Of a DNA stretch of 64,000 nucleotides, positions 39,090-63,206 are shown in pieces. The notes under the pieces are model-generated. The model worked only from the letters and a program-made list of their open reading frames with translations. It was not told the DNA's origin and ran no database searches. Source of the DNA: the human T2T-CHM13v2.0 reference genome, Homo sapiens; assembly GCF_009914755.1 (NCBI RefSeq), contig NC_060936.1; one strand, given 5' to 3'. The position numbers and the translations under genes are program-made. Every line of letters starts with the position of its first letter. The first letter of the stretch is position 1.

Positions 39090-40241
39090 AGATGAGTGAA
39101 ATTGATGTTACTCAGTTTCAGTCTGGACACTGGCTGAATCCTTCCTCTCCCCTCCTCCCATCCCTCATAGGATTTTTCTTGTATGGAAACTACGTGTTCT
39201 GGTTTCCATGATGCCTATCCAGTCAATCTCATGGAGGGTGGGGTATGGTTGGAGCCTAATCAGAGAGGTTTCTTTCTTTTTTCCTATTGGATCTTTCCTG
39301 AGAAAAGATATTTTAATAACCTTGGCTGCTAAAGACAACTTGATAGAAGCTGTCTCTGGCTATAGATAAGTAGATGTAATACTAGTTTGGATATCTTTAG
39401 GGTTTAGAATCTAACCTCAAGAATGAGAAATAAGCTGGGCGCGGTGGCTTACATCTGTAATCCCAGCACTTTGGGAGACCAAGGCGGGCGGATCACGAGG
39501 TCAGGAGATCGAGACCATCCTGGCTAACACGGTGAAAACCTGTCTCTACTAAAAAATACAAAAAAGTTAGCTGGGCATGGTGGTGGGCGCCTGTAGTGCC
39601 AGCTACTCGGGAGGCGGAGGTTGCAGTGAGCCAAGATCGCGCCACTGCACTCCAGCCTGGGCGACAGAGTGAGACTCTGTCTCAAAAAAAAAAAAAGAAA
39701 AAGAAAAAGAAAAGGAAATAAAAGTACAAATTGGTGTGATGAAGATATATTCCTATTGTTTGGGATTGGGAGGCTTTGTTTATTTTTTTAAAAACTCTAT
39801 TGAGGCTGGGTATGGTGGCTCACACCTGTAATGGCAGCACTTTGGGAGGCCAAGGTAGGCAGATCACCACAGGTTAGGAATTCAAGACCAGTCTGGCCAA
39901 CATGGTGAAATCCCGTCTCTACTAAAATACAAAAATTAGCTGGGCATGGTGGCAGGCGCCTGTAATCCCAGCTACTCGGGAGGCTGAGCGGAGATGGTGC
40001 CACAGCAATCCAGCCTGGATGACAGAGCCAGACTCCATGTCAAAATAAAATAAAAACTCTATTGAGGTGAAGGGTGAAGCTTTAAGTTGTTACATACTTC
40101 ACTGATTTCCTCAACCCTTTTTGGCTCCGTTTTACTATAGCCCGTATTTTGTTGGTTATGACTAATATTTGTGGAAAGAGGTCTTGTGTTTAGTGCATTA
40201 TAATGGCATCAGTACTACTTCGGCTGGTTTAAGTACTAATG

Positions 40242-40247
40242 AATAAA
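40242..40247 (+). terminator. Candidate NANOGP1 polyadenylation signal
   Basis: AATAAA near the end of the NANOG-like 3'UTR, followed by T-rich sequence. Confidence 0.45.
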
Positions 40248-40484
40248 ACAACCATTTTTCCTTCAGTTGACTTTGGCCTGATTTCTCCTAGTGTTTCAAT
40301 CAGTAAAAATACAGCTTAAACATAAATCTTTGTTACGTTTTTAGTTGGGGCGGGGGAGTAAATTAGCTGAGAACACTGCTATCTTAGAAATAGATAGAAA
40401 AAGCTGAATGTGGTGGCCCATGCCTGTAGTCCCAGCTACTTGGGAGGCTGAGGAAGGAAGATCGCTTGAGCCCTGGAGGACTCA

Positions 40485-40778
<294 letters not shown>

Positions 40779-41712
40779 TCAAAGTGCTGGGATTACAGGT
40801 GTGAGCCACTGCGCTTGGCCTTTTTTTTTTTTTAAGATGGTGTGTCACTAACATTTTAATAAAATTATTGGTTCTTACAAAGGGCAGATAATGAAGCTCC
40901 AATAAATTTGAGGAAATATTAAATAGTAATTCAGAGCCTAGAAATCTTGGAAAAAATATCTGGCTTCTCTTTGCTTTGGATTAAGTTCAGCTACAAAGCA
41001 TGGGGGTAGTTTATATTTCTGTTATCCTGATGAGAAATCTGATGTGGTAGATACCACCCTCCACCTGCCGAAAGGATAATCTTGAGTAGATAATGGAACC
41101 AGTTTTACTGACCTAATGAGCATAGGAATTGTTCAGGGCCTTGGTGGCAGTTAACACGTGTGTGATGGCTGTGTGGGCAGCACTGATGGAATCTACAGGG
41201 CCTTCCCCAGTTTAGGAGATGTTAAGTATGACTGCAGGGTTACTGAGAGGCTGAGGAAAGATGCCTGACTTGAGGTCTGGGATCTGCGAGAGGGAAGATT
41301 TTGAGTTGCACATAGGCTTGAAGCATCTCATGTTGAAAGCATCAAGCTGGGGACTGAAGAAAGGAAGTAAGAGATGAGAGAAAAAAAGGAGATTGGTGTC
41401 TGGTTTTCACTGTTTAATTTGCTTTTGGAAATTAACCATTAATGGAAATACGACTTGTTTCCTACATCCAATAGGTCAATATTCAAGTTGAGGTGAAGAC
41501 CTAGGGCAGAAGGTAGTAAAACCCACAGTCACCAAGAAACCAAAGAAAGGCTGTACGCAGTGGCTCACACCTGCAATCCCAGCACTTTGGGAGACTGAGG
41601 CAGGCGGATCACTTGAGGTCAGGAGTTCAAGACCATCCTGGCCAAATATGGTGAAACCCCATCTCTGCTAAAAATACAAAAATTAGCCGGTTATGGTAGC
41701 TCACACCTGTAA

Positions 41713-42075
<363 letters not shown>

Positions 42076-42197
42076 TAGGCTGGTCTTGAACTCCTGACCT
42101 CGTGATCCTCCAGCCTCAGCCTCCCAAAGTGTTGGGATTACAGGCGTGAGCCACTGCATCCGGCCTGATTTCTTTTCTTTTCTTTTTTTTTTTTTGA

Positions 42198-42410
<213 letters not shown>

Positions 42411-43398
42411 TGATCTGCCCACCTCGGCCTCCCAAAGTGCTGGGATTACAGGCGTGAGCCACTGCGCCCAGCCCCGATTTTCTTTTTTTTAAAGAATCAT
42501 GGCTTTTGGTTGCAAGTCTGAAATAAATTTGCTCTTAAAAGCAAATTATTTAAGCAATAGAAAAATACATAATGAAGTTGATCTAGTAATTACACCTATT
42601 CAGATATAAACACTAAATAATTCAGCATATATTCTTACAGATTTTCAGCCAAAGATATTTTAGTACATATAATGTAGATGTTAATGGGTGGTTTTGTAAA
42701 TTATAACACTATTATATTTTCTGGGTTTTTTTCTGAGACGGAGTTTCACTCCTGTTGCCCAGTGCAATGTCACAATCTTGGCTCACTCCAACCTCCGCCT
42801 CCCACGTTCAAGCGATTCTCCTGACTCAGCCTCTGGAAAGCTGGGATTATAAGCATACATCACCACACCCGGATAATATTGTATTTTTAGTAGACACGGG
42901 GTTTCTCCATGTTGGTCAGGCTGGTCTCAAACTCCCGACCTCAGGTGATCTGCCTGCCTTGGCCTCCCAAAGTGCTGGGATTAACAGGCGTGAGCTACCG
43001 TGGCCGTCTTTTTTTTTTTTTTTGAGGCGAAGTTTTCCCCTGTCGCCCAGACGGCTGGAGTGCAGCATGCGATCTCATCTTACCATAACCTTCACATCCC
43101 CAGTTCAAGCCAATTCTCCTGCCTCAGCCTCCTGAGTAGCTGGGATTACAGGTGCATGCCACCACGCCTGGCTAATTTTTGTATTTTAAGTAGACACAAG
43201 GTTTCACCATGTTGGCCAGGCTGGTCTTGAACTTCTGACCTCAGGTGATCCCTCGGTCTCCCAAAGTGCTGGGATTACAGGCATGAGCCATTGTGCCCCA
43301 GTTTTTTTTTTTTTTTTTTTTAAAGACAAAGTCTTGGCCAGGCAGGGTGGCTCATGCCTGTAATCCCAGCACTTTGGGAGGCCAAGGCTGGTGGATCA

Positions 43399-43683
<285 letters not shown>

Positions 43684-43747
43684 TCAGCTCATTGCAGCCT
43701 CGACTTCCTGGATTCAAGGAATTCTCCTGCCTCAGCCTCCCAAATAG

Positions 43748-43936
<189 letters not shown>

Positions 43937-44216
43937 TAATTTTTGTATTTTTAGTAGAGTTGGGGTTTCACCATTTTGGACAGGCTGGTCTTGAACTCCT
44001 GACCTCAAGTGATCCGCCCGCCTCAGCCTTCCAAAGGGCTGAGATTACAGGCGTGAGCCACCGTGCTCGGCCTATCATAGATAACTTTCTATACACTAAA
44101 ATTGGATCTGGCTCATTCATTTTAATTATTATGTAATAATAAATATTACAGATGTATCACGATTTAAGTTGTTTTTATTTTTGTTTTGACTTTTGAGCAC
44201 TATATATAACTATTAA

Positions 44217-44435
<219 letters not shown>

Positions 44436-44577
44436 TGACCAGGCTGGTCTCGAACTCCTGACCTCAGGTGATTCACCTGCCTCGGCCTCTCAAAGTGCTC
44501 AGATTACAGGCATGAGCCACCGCACCCGGCCTGCTATTAACATCTTGACATTAATTTAAATAAATGTTAAGGTGTAG

Positions 44578-45110
<533 letters not shown>

Positions 45111-46568
45111 TGATCCACCCGCCTTGGCCTCCCAAAGTGCTGGGATTATAGAAGTGAGCCACCGCGCCCGGCCGATATGTTTTTAAAAATTAAAAAATGC
45201 CATTCTTTATGTTCCTGCTCACTTCATGGCTAAATGAGAACTAATCACTGACTACTATTAGCCAAGTGATTAAAAGTTAAAAAATGTAAGCTCTATGTTG
45301 TCTTTATGGTCCAAAAACTTAATGCCTAAGAAGGTGAAAGATCAGCAAATAAACATTAAAGCAAAATTCACTATACATAAGCCACCTTAAGAAGAGGCTT
45401 GAAAAGTTGCCAATAAGAACTTGGAGATGTGCCAACCTAATTTAATGCTTTTCAGCTTATCCTTTCTAGGTCACCGGATCACCAACAATATAAACAAATA
45501 TAATAATAGGAGATTAAGCAAAAAGGAAATTATAAATTCACAAGTCAGGCTCTCCTTTTTACATCTCTTCCTTTCCCCTAGAAAATTTTGCTTTCTTTGT
45601 TCTTTTCCCAAAAGGAGGTGTGTGTTACTTCCAACATTATATTTTAGTAACTTTACCATATTTTAGTTTTTAAAATTCATTTTCTTGATTTTTCAGCTTC
45701 CATTTCCATTTCAGTTTGTACCTGAAGGAGAGAAGCATGGATTGAATTTGCCTGGGTTTTCCGAATTTCATAATATAAATTCAAAGCTCAGAAGTGGGAG
45801 GAATACAGGCCTTGATTAGTGAATTTCAAGCTCAGTTCTCGGGGTGAAGGACAAGGTTAATTCTACTGTAAATAATCCTACCATTCAGAAAAGCTGGTGT
45901 GTCCAAGGAAGAAAAAACAGGCTGTGACTACAAACCTAAAAGTAAAGGCAAACAGCTGCCAGACAGAGGCAGGAAAGTGGGGGAGAGCCCTTGGTAAATA
46001 TTGCATGCCTCCTGGGGCCCCCATGGGCTTTGACTCAAGGGGGAGATGAAGGGAATTTGTTAAAGAAAGAAGTCACTGGGACAGACAAAAGCTTCCGGCA
46101 CAGGAAGTTAGTTCGACTAAGGATACCGAAATGTAGGAATTTGAATGGGTTCCTGGGTGTGAGGTTGAAGTGAAACTTGATTGAAAAGAAGCTGCTGGTG
46201 GTGAGTCTCTCCTTAAGCTATTCCTGGCTTCTGGGTAGTTGGTATAAACTTTGTGGTCCTCGAATAAAATGTTCTTGAGAATTTTAAAGGGTTAAGCACC
46301 TGGGAAATTACTTCAATGCAATGGTAGCACTACCTCCAATGACACTACCAAGCAAACTATTAAGAAACAGAAAAGCTCACAGATCAAATTAAGATACTAG
46401 AATCATATTAAATCACTTAAATACATGGCACAAAGCACAGTAAAAAAAGATGGGATACATTAATCCATTTAGGATAAGGTGCATGTGGAGTAGAAAGGGT
46501 AGCAGTGTTTACATGTCCTCTGATACACTGGCGTAGTCACAAGAGCTAAGGACAAGAACCAAGGGTGA

Positions 46569-46979
<411 letters not shown>

Positions 46980-47050
46980 TAGGTGTGAGCCACCACGCCC
47001 GGCCCCAAATCTCATTTCTTAAGTCTCGTCCTTCCTCAGCCTTTCAGTAA

Positions 47051-47229
<179 letters not shown>

Positions 47230-47528
47230 TAGAGACAGGCTCTCACTATGTTGCCTAGGTTGGTCTCGAACTCCTGGACTCAAGGGATCCTCCCATCTTG
47301 GCCTGCAAAAGTGCTGGAATTGCAGGTGTGAGCCCCACCAGGCCTGCAATCATACTTAGCCCTCAAGCTGTGTAAGGCTCTGTAGGTTCTTTCAGTGCAG
47401 TCCACACAACTATCACACACAGTTCCTGGTCAATTCTTATCTCATTATGTCAATAAAAGTGACTCCTTTTATTTACTCAGAGTTGCTGCCCTCTATCGGT
47501 GCGGGGGGCGGGAAAGACCATGTTTTAA

Positions 47529-47717
<189 letters not shown>

Positions 47718-47970
47718 TAATTTTTGTATTTTTAGTTGAAGTGGGGTTTCACTATGTTGGTCAGGCTGGTCTCAGACTCCTGACCTTGTGATCCGCCTGC
47801 CTCGGCCTCCCCAAGTGCTGGGATTACAGGCGTGAGCCACCACTCCTGGCCACATCAGTCTTTGTCAGGATAAGAGAGATGATCATTATTCTTAACTCTT
47901 AGCGATGTATTTTTATTATGCCTTTTTTAAAAAACATGTTTTTTCCTTTTTTTTCCTTACAGTTCTATAG

Positions 47971-48222
<252 letters not shown>

Positions 48223-48619
48223 TGATCCGCCTGCCTCGGCGTCCCAAAGTGCTCGGATTACAGGCATGAGCCACCTCAGCAGTCCTACTCTGCCTCTTAC
48301 GTCACTTACATCTTCCAAAAGAAGAGTGAAAAACAGGCCGGGCGCAATGGCTTACACCTGTAATCCCAGCTCTTTGGGAGGCCAAGGCAGGCGGATCACC
48401 TGAGGTCAAGTGTTTGAGACCGGCCTGGCCAACATGGAGAAACCCCAACTCTACTAAAAATACAAACATTACCTGGGCCTGGTGGCATGTGACTGTAATC
48501 CCAGCTTTTTGGGAGGCTGAGGCAGGAGAAGAATCGCTTGAACCTGGGAAGCAGAGGTTGCGGTGAGCCAAGATGGCGCCACTGTACTCCAATCTGTAAT
48601 AGAGTGAGACTCTTTTTCA

Positions 48620-48906
<287 letters not shown>

Positions 48907-49351
48907 TTATAAACTGTGCTTCACTTGAACTGTAAGCTATACTCTGAGGTTAACTGCCATTTGTGTGTTGACACTCTAAAGCTCTGTAAGTTTTTTTTTT
49001 TTTTTAAGACTAGTCAGGCCGGGTACGATGGCTCACACCTGTAATCCCAGCACTTTGGGAGGCTGAGCTGGGTGGATCACCTGAGGTCAGGAGTTCAAGA
49101 CTAGCCTCACCAATACGGTGAAACCTCGTCTCTACTGAAAATACAAAAATTAGCCCAGCATGGTGGTGCACGCTTGTAACCCCAGCTACCTGGGAGGCTG
49201 AGGCAGGAGAATCGCTTGAATCTGGAGGCGGAGGTTGCTGTGAGCCGAGATCATGACACTGCACCCTAGCCTGGGTGGTCTCGGAAAAAAATAAAAATAA
49301 AAATTGCTGGGCGAGGTGGCTCACACCCACATCTGTAATACCAGCACTTTA

Positions 49352-49901
<550 letters not shown>

Positions 49902-49924
49902 CTACTCCAGAGGCAGAGTAGCCT

Positions 49925-51160
<1,236 letters not shown>

Positions 51161-51252
51161 TTTCTTTTCCGTTTTTTTTTTTTGTTTTTGTTTTTGTTTG
51201 AGACAGAGTCTTGCTCTGTCAGCCAGACTGGAGTATAGTGGCATGATCTTAG

Positions 51253-51531
<279 letters not shown>

Positions 51532-51854
51532 TAATAATTTGTTTGCCTCTATATGAATCAATAAAATTGGTCTGCCTGAGACCCTGTCTCAAAAAAAAAT
51601 TTTTAATAAATAAATAAAAATCTAATGTGATAATCTACTATTATTTGAAAAGCTTATCCCATTATATTTGTTATTGCTTATATAATTAGATTTTTTCCTA
51701 TCATTCTATTATCTGCTTTCTACTTTGTAATGCTTTTTCTGTTTTCTCTTCCCAAACCCTTTTCTGTTCTTTTAAAGGTAGTTGGTTGTCTGGCCGGGCG
51801 TGGTGGCTCACCCCTATAATCCCAGCACTTTGGGAGGCCGAGACGGGTGGATCA

Positions 51855-52120
<266 letters not shown>

Positions 52121-52468
52121 CTAGCTACTCGAGAGGCTGAGGCGGGAGGATTGCTTGAGCCCAGGAATTCACGTCCAGCTTTGGCAACATAGCAAGATTC
52201 CATCTTTTAAAAAAAAAAAAAAAATTGGTTGGTTTGTTTTTCTTTACGTAGTCTGTTTTTTTCCCCCATGTAAAATATTTGGAATTTATCATCTATAAGG
52301 CTTATTCATTTAATAGTGACTGGGTTCAAGCGATTCTACTGCCTCAGCCTCCTGAGTTGCTGGGATTACAGGCGTGCACCACCATGCTAGGCTAATTTTT
52401 GTATTTTTAGTAGAAACGGGGTTTCACTGTCTTGGCCAGGCTGATCTCGACCTCCTGACCTCTAGTGA

Positions 52469-52989
<521 letters not shown>

Positions 52990-53349
52990 TAATTGACTAC
53001 TTTGAACTCTGAGTTGAACTGGCATTCCTCCAGAAAAGATTTACATTTGCTTCTCTCAGTTGTTTAGGACCTGTACTAATCTAGAACCGCTTTAAGTTAT
53101 ATTTTCTATTTGTAGATTTTTAGCCACACAGTTAGCATAAAATCAGACAACGACACTGCATGGGGACCAATGTGTAGTTAAGAATTCTTGGCGAGATTTT
53201 TTTTTCCTCCTCTGTCCAGCACCAAGGTGAAAAAGCAAAAGAGGACTGCTGTCTTCTTCTGAACCATGGTTTGATCTCTTGTTCATCCTTTATGCAGAGA
53301 TCTCCTTTTAGACTACCTAGACTTTATCTTGGGCCTCCACACTCCATGA

Positions 53350-53632
<283 letters not shown>

Positions 53633-53634
53633 TA

Positions 53635-53814
<180 letters not shown>

Positions 53815-53843
53815 TCACGGCAAAATGTTTATTTTATTTTTGA

Positions 53844-54002
<159 letters not shown>

Positions 54003-55254
54003 TAGTAGAGACAGGGTTGCTCCATGTTGGTCAGGCTGGTCTCGACTCCCAACCTCAGGTGATCCGCCAACCTTGGTCTCCCAAAGTGCTGGGATTCCGG
54101 GGGTGAGCCACCGTGCCAGCCCAGCAAAATATTTAAAAAGCACAAGATGGAAAAAATTTAAAAGTAAATGTCTTCTCAATAAGATCTCTTCCCATTATTC
54201 AGAGGTAACCATTATTAACAATTTATTCAATATCACTCCGGAAACTATGCTTATCTAAGCCTACATAAGTAAGATTCCTTTTCTTATCTTCCTTCTTTTT
54301 TTTTTTTTTAAACAAATGGGGTCATACTGAATATGTTATTCTCTAATTTCTTTTCTTTACTCAGTGATACATCATGGATGTTGTAACACAGCAGCACCAA
54401 ATATCTACCTAATTATGTAGAGTATCTGCATAGTACTATATTCCACGGATGTTTCAAAATTTATGTTTACCAGTTTCTTATTGGGATATTTAGGTTTTAT
54501 TTTTTATTTATTTTATTTATGTTTTTGAGACAGAGTCTTGCTCTGTCGCCCAGGCTGGAGCGCAGTGGCGGGATATCGGCTCACTGCAAGCTCCACCTCC
54601 CGGGTTCACGCCATTCTCCTGCCTCAGCCTCCTGAGTAGCTGGGACTACAGGCGCCCGCCAGCCACCATGCCCGGCTAATTTTTTGTATTTTTAGTAGAG
54701 ACAGGGTTTTACCGTGTTAGCCAGGATGGTCTCGATCTCCTGACCTCATGATCCGCCCGCCTCAGCCTCCCAAAGTGCTGGGATTACACGCGTGAGCTAC
54801 CGCGCCTGGCCAGGATATTTCAGTTTCATATCTTTTCTTTTCGAGATAGGGTCTCCCTCTGTCGCCCAAGCTAGAGTGCAGTGGTATGACCTCGGTTCAC
54901 TGCAACCTCGACCTCCTGGCTCAAGCGATCCTCCTGCCTCAGCCTCCCGAGTAGCTGGGATCACAGGCACGTGCCACCACACCTGACTAAATTTTAAATT
55001 TTTTGTAGAGACGGGGGTCTCTCTATATTGCCTAGGCTGGTCTTGAACTCCTGGCTCAAGTGATCCTTCTGCCTCGGCCTCCTAAAGTGCTGGGGTTACA
55101 GGCGTGAGCCACTGCACTCTGCCCTCCCTGTGTTCTTCACCACTTCCTCTTCCCTTCCAAGGCCACCAGTAAATCTATCTTCTTTCTCTCTGTAGAATGG
55201 CCTATTCTGGAAATTTCGTCTCAATTGAGTAATATAGTATGTGGTCTTTTATGA

Positions 55255-55410
<156 letters not shown>

Positions 55411-55562
55411 TGACAGGCTCGAGCCGCAGCACCTGGCCAATTTTCTCATTTAAAAAAATGAAACTTAGCCGGGCGCGGTGGCTCACGCCTGTCATCCCAA
55501 CAGTTTGGGAGGCCTAGGCGGGCGGATCACCTGAAGTCGGGAGTTCGAGACCAGCCTGGCTA

Positions 55563-55809
<247 letters not shown>

Positions 55810-55979
55810 TCAGGAGTCAACCCTATCAAGTAACACAGCCTAGAGCAATACAGAAAGGGCAGTTAAATTCACTTACCTGCATTGGAAGGCAGGTCAAGGT
55901 CGCTGGGTTCCAGGTATATCCTGGGTCATAGCAAAGAATATTAGTGATGATGAGCAAACTAAGATAGAATGACAGGGTT

Positions 55980-56450
55980 CTGCAGCTGCCCACGCCTGCG
56001 CAGTGAAGAGGACTCGCGGGGTAACCAGCGCAGCCCAGGCCCAGCCTTTTTGCAGGGTCTCCAGTTTCTCGCCCCCCCCGCTTCAGCACCCCCCTTCCCC
56101 TCCCCCTTCCCCCCCCCCGCCGCCCCACCGCCTCCGTGCGCCAGTCCCAGCCTCATGCGGCCGCCGGGCTATTGGGAGGTGGGTGGTCGCGGCCGCAGCG
56201 CCAAGTCGGGCTGGCGGGCTCAGTGCTCGCTGGGGGCAGGGCGGCGAACTGGAGGAAGAGGGTGGACGTTGGTGAGAACCGCAGTTTCAGCCACGCCAGT
56301 GCAGCGAAGGCCCCCGATCAAAAAGACAGATTTGTTACTAGATGATTCATCGGTGCCATTCTTTGGGTATCTACAGCTCATGATGAGAGAGGACGGCGTG
56401 ATGAAGGCCCACAGCGCGGAGCCCAAGCGGGCCTCATAAGCCTCACCTGC
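55980..56450. promoter_or_regulatory. Orphan CpG-rich island with G-quadruplex-prone tract
   Basis: Non-Alu CpG-dense segment with C-runs at 56072-56131 and an NRF1-like TGCGCAGGCGT on the minus strand (55992-56002). Confidence 0.6.
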
Positions 56451-56630
56451 AGTTTGGCTGAAACATAATCTCGCAGCTCTGAAGCTCCAGGCCCAGAGGC
56501 GCTCCCTCCACCTTTTCCTTGTCTCACTTGCCCAGCCCTGAGCAGGCGACCCCTAGCCAAACCTCAACCATCTGGGGCCACTTGGAACCTTGGCCAAGTT
56601 TCTGCAACAAACACTTGATTCCAAAAAAAA
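56279..56630 (+). pseudogene. PRDX5 (peroxiredoxin 5) processed pseudogene
   Basis: ccgcagtttcagc...ggcccccgatcaa (PRDX5 exon-1 end, APIK) is joined to TDLLLDDS..FG, then DG..KA..EP and gcctcacctgcag...cagctctga (stop 56480-56482). A 3'UTR follows with ctgcaacaaacacttg (decayed AATAAA) and an A-tail at 56623-56630. Confidence 0.85.
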
Positions 56631-56667
56631 GGAGGGTGGCGGGGTAGGGGACTTGAAATTTCTCTAA

Positions 56668-57019
<352 letters not shown>

Positions 57020-57533
57020 TAGCCAGGATGGTCTCGATCTCCTGACCTTGTGATCCGCCCGCCTTGGCCTCCCAAAGTGCTGAGATTACAGGCTTGAGCC
57101 ACTGCGCCTGGCCAATACCTGCTTTTAAATGGTTGGAATTCCTTTAAGCATTTCCTTTTTAGAGTACTAAGAACAATGCTTTCTTAGTAGATGGTGCTGG
57201 AAGGATACTGCAGGATGAAGGGGGATTCTCTTGCTGGTTCCAGTGGCTGCACCATAGGTTAGCAGTATAGATGAGAGAAAATTTGATGGTGACCTGCCCC
57301 AGCCACACCCTGGCCTGGTGGTCACTTTCCACAGGGATGCCACACTCTAAGCCTCCCACCCCTCTGGTGCCTCGACTCCATCTGCACATCTGCATGTCTG
57401 GTCACCAGCTGTGTGTTCCCTGCTTGCCCAGGGACTGCACACCAGCACTGACCCAGGCAAACTACCAGACTTCTCTGCTCTCCAGTAGACTGAAACTCTA
57501 CATTCTCCAATAAGGTGTGCACGTCAGTTTTGA

Positions 57534-57806
<273 letters not shown>

Positions 57807-58581
57807 TGATGGCCAGACTGGTCTCGAACTCCTGACCTCAGGTGATCCACCCACCTCAGCCTCCCAAAGTGCTGGGATTACACGTGTGAGCCACCGCGCA
57901 CGGCCTATAGCTTGATATTCTTTATATTATTTCCAAAAAAAAAAAAGTGTCATTTTTGTCTTCTGATAGGACCCAGACTGACACTTTAAATAAACATCAC
58001 TTAGGGCCGGGTGTGGTGGCTCACGCCTGTAATCCCAGAACGTTGGGAGGCTGAGGCTGGCAGATCACGTGAGTCCAGTTCAAGACCAGCCTAGTCAACA
58101 TGGCCAAACCCGATCTCTACACAAAAATTAGCTGGGTGTGGTGGCCTATGCCTGTAGTCTCAGCTACTTGGGAGACTAAGTCAAGAAAATCGCTTGAACC
58201 CGGGAGGCTGAGGATGCAGTGAGCCGAGACCACACCATTGCACTCCATCCTGGATAACAAGAATGAAGCTCTGTCTCAAAAAAAAAAAAAATGCATATAA
58301 CAAGATGTGAAATTGGAGAGGCAAGGCTTTTAGGCAGATAGGGCAGTTGTGAAAATGAATCAAGGCAATTTAAACTGGGACCTAAGGTCACTAGATTTGT
58401 CAGTCATGGTGAAGGAGTTTGGATATTATTTTAAGTGGTAAGATGTAACTGGAAGGCTTTAAGCAGCAGAGTAACATTCAATTTTAAAAGATCACTCTGG
58501 GCCAGGTGCGGTGGCTCACACCTGTAATCCCAACACTTTGGGAAGGCGGAGGTGGGCGGATCACTTGAGGTCAGGAGTTCA

Positions 58582-58857
<276 letters not shown>

Positions 58858-58934
58858 CTAGTTCTCAGTGGGGAAAGAAAGCAAAATAATTTATCAAGTA
58901 TGAAAAGCAACAAATGAAAGCTGTTTTCTTTTGA

Positions 58935-59135
<201 letters not shown>

Positions 59136-59410
59136 TGAACTTCCGACCTCAGGGGATCCACCCGCCTTGGCCTCCCAAAGTGCTGGGATTACAGGCGTGA
59201 GCCACCGCGCCTGGCCACGAAAGCTTTTTCATTTAATCTACATAATAAACACATATTGCTATTCTCTTATGTATGAGACTCTAAGAACACAGTCTCATGA
59301 GTATGAGGGTCTCATACAAGTCTCAAAGTCAACAGGCACTGAGTAGCCAAGTCAGGATTTAGAGCTCATTTTGTGGTTACAGGAAGGACAAAAAGTAAAT
59401 AAGCCCATAA

Positions 59411-61594
<2,184 letters not shown>

Positions 61595-61813
61595 TTAGAC
61601 ATTGGTGGTGGTCTCCTTAGCAGGCTCGATGCTGTTCATCTCCATGACGCCGTCCTTTCCAGATCTATCTGCACCGTGTGCCTGCCCTTCAAAGGCCCGT
61701 GTGATATCCTCAAAAGTCCTGCCACGGGTCTCAGGGACTTTGAAGAAGGTAAAAGCCAAGAAGGTAATGAGGAAGCCGGTGAAGATAATAAAAACGTAGG
61801 CTCCTAAATAGTG
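61595..61813 (-). CDS. SLC2A3: SLC2A3 (GLUT3) last coding exon (exon 10)
   Basis: ctag|CAC TAT TTA...: [76 protein letters not shown] and VMEM distinguish GLUT3 from GLUT14. Confidence 0.96.
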   Translation of the reverse strand, partial: HYLGAYVFIIFTGFLITFLAFTFFKVPETRGRTFEDITRAFEGQAHGADRSGKDGVMEMNSIEPAKETTTNV

Positions 61814-62623
61814 CTAGAGAAAGGACAGAAAAAAGGAAGGTTGATATAAAAATCTGGTCATTGACAAAGTCAATTTCCTTCACATTCATATTTCCAATAG
61901 GCTTCAAGCTATAACCCTTCCATATTTAATGAAAACAGGTTTCTTCAGATTCGCTTATGATTCCATTGCTAACTTACTGTAGTTCTCTCTAGTTTTCTTT
62001 CTGTCATTCCATTTCATTACAGTTAGATGCTTCCAAATGTCTACTGAGTATTTTTGGACTTTTGAGTATTATTTTTAAAATCTGTGTTTCTGGGCCGAGT
62101 GCGGTGGCTCACGCCCATAATCCCAGCACTTTGGGAGGTCAAGGTGGGAGGATCACTGGAACCCAGCAGTTTGAGACTAACCTGGGCAACTCCATCTCTA
62201 TTTATGAATTTTTTTTTTTTTGAGACGGAATCTCGCTCTGTCACCCAGGCTGGAGAGCAGAAGGTTGATCACAGCTCACCATGAACACCTCCTGGGTTTA
62301 AGTGATTCTCTTGCCTCAGTCTTCTGAGTAGCTAGGACTACAGGTGTGTGCTACCGCAATGGTGTGATCTCGCTCACTGGGATTACAGTCATGAGCCACG
62401 ACACCCGGCCTAATTTTTGTATTTATTGTAGAAACAGGGTTTCACCATGATAGTCAGGTTGGTCCCCAACTCCTGACCTCAAGTTATCCACCCGCCTAGG
62501 CCTCTCAAAGTGCTGGAATTACAGGCTTGAGCCACTGTGTCTGGCCGCAAATTAAACTTTATGAATTATTTATTTCTGCAATTTTCCATTTAATATTTTT
62601 AGACTACAGGTAACTGAAACTGA

Positions 62624-62941
<318 letters not shown>

Positions 62942-63002
62942 TAAGGAGTATCTTCATGTCAGCTTACATAGGCTGGTTTTAAGATAAGGTGAGTTTACTT
63001 AC

Positions 63003-63206
63003 AGCAGCGGAGGGGAAGAGCAATCCGACTAGGAAGTTGGAGGTCCAGTTGGAGCAGCCGGCCACTGCCATCGCAGCTGGGCGGGGGCCCTGGCTGAAGA
63101 GTTCGGCCACAATAAACCAGGGAATGGGGCCTGGTCCAATTTCAAAGAAGGCTACAAAGACCAAGATAGCCCCAATACAGACAAAGCTCATCCCATTATA
63201 GTTATC
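63003..63206 (-). CDS. SLC2A3: SLC2A3 (GLUT3) exon 9
   Basis: cag|GAT AAC TAT...GCT GCT|GTAAGT, 204 nt. Encodes [68 protein letters not shown], including the class I GLUT GPGPIPW motif. Confidence 0.96.

Noticed and set aside
48991-49016. Poly-T plus aagactagtca resembling a Y RNA 3' end
   Set aside because: Only ~11 nt match and I found no continuation after the following Alus.
55969-56439. 156-aa proline-rich ORF
   Set aside because: It is a read-through of C-runs into the decayed PRDX5 retrocopy and lacks the catalytic core.
57150-57530. Unique, coding-looking stretch
   Set aside because: I could not assign it to any gene or repeat. It needs a BLAST/Dfam search.
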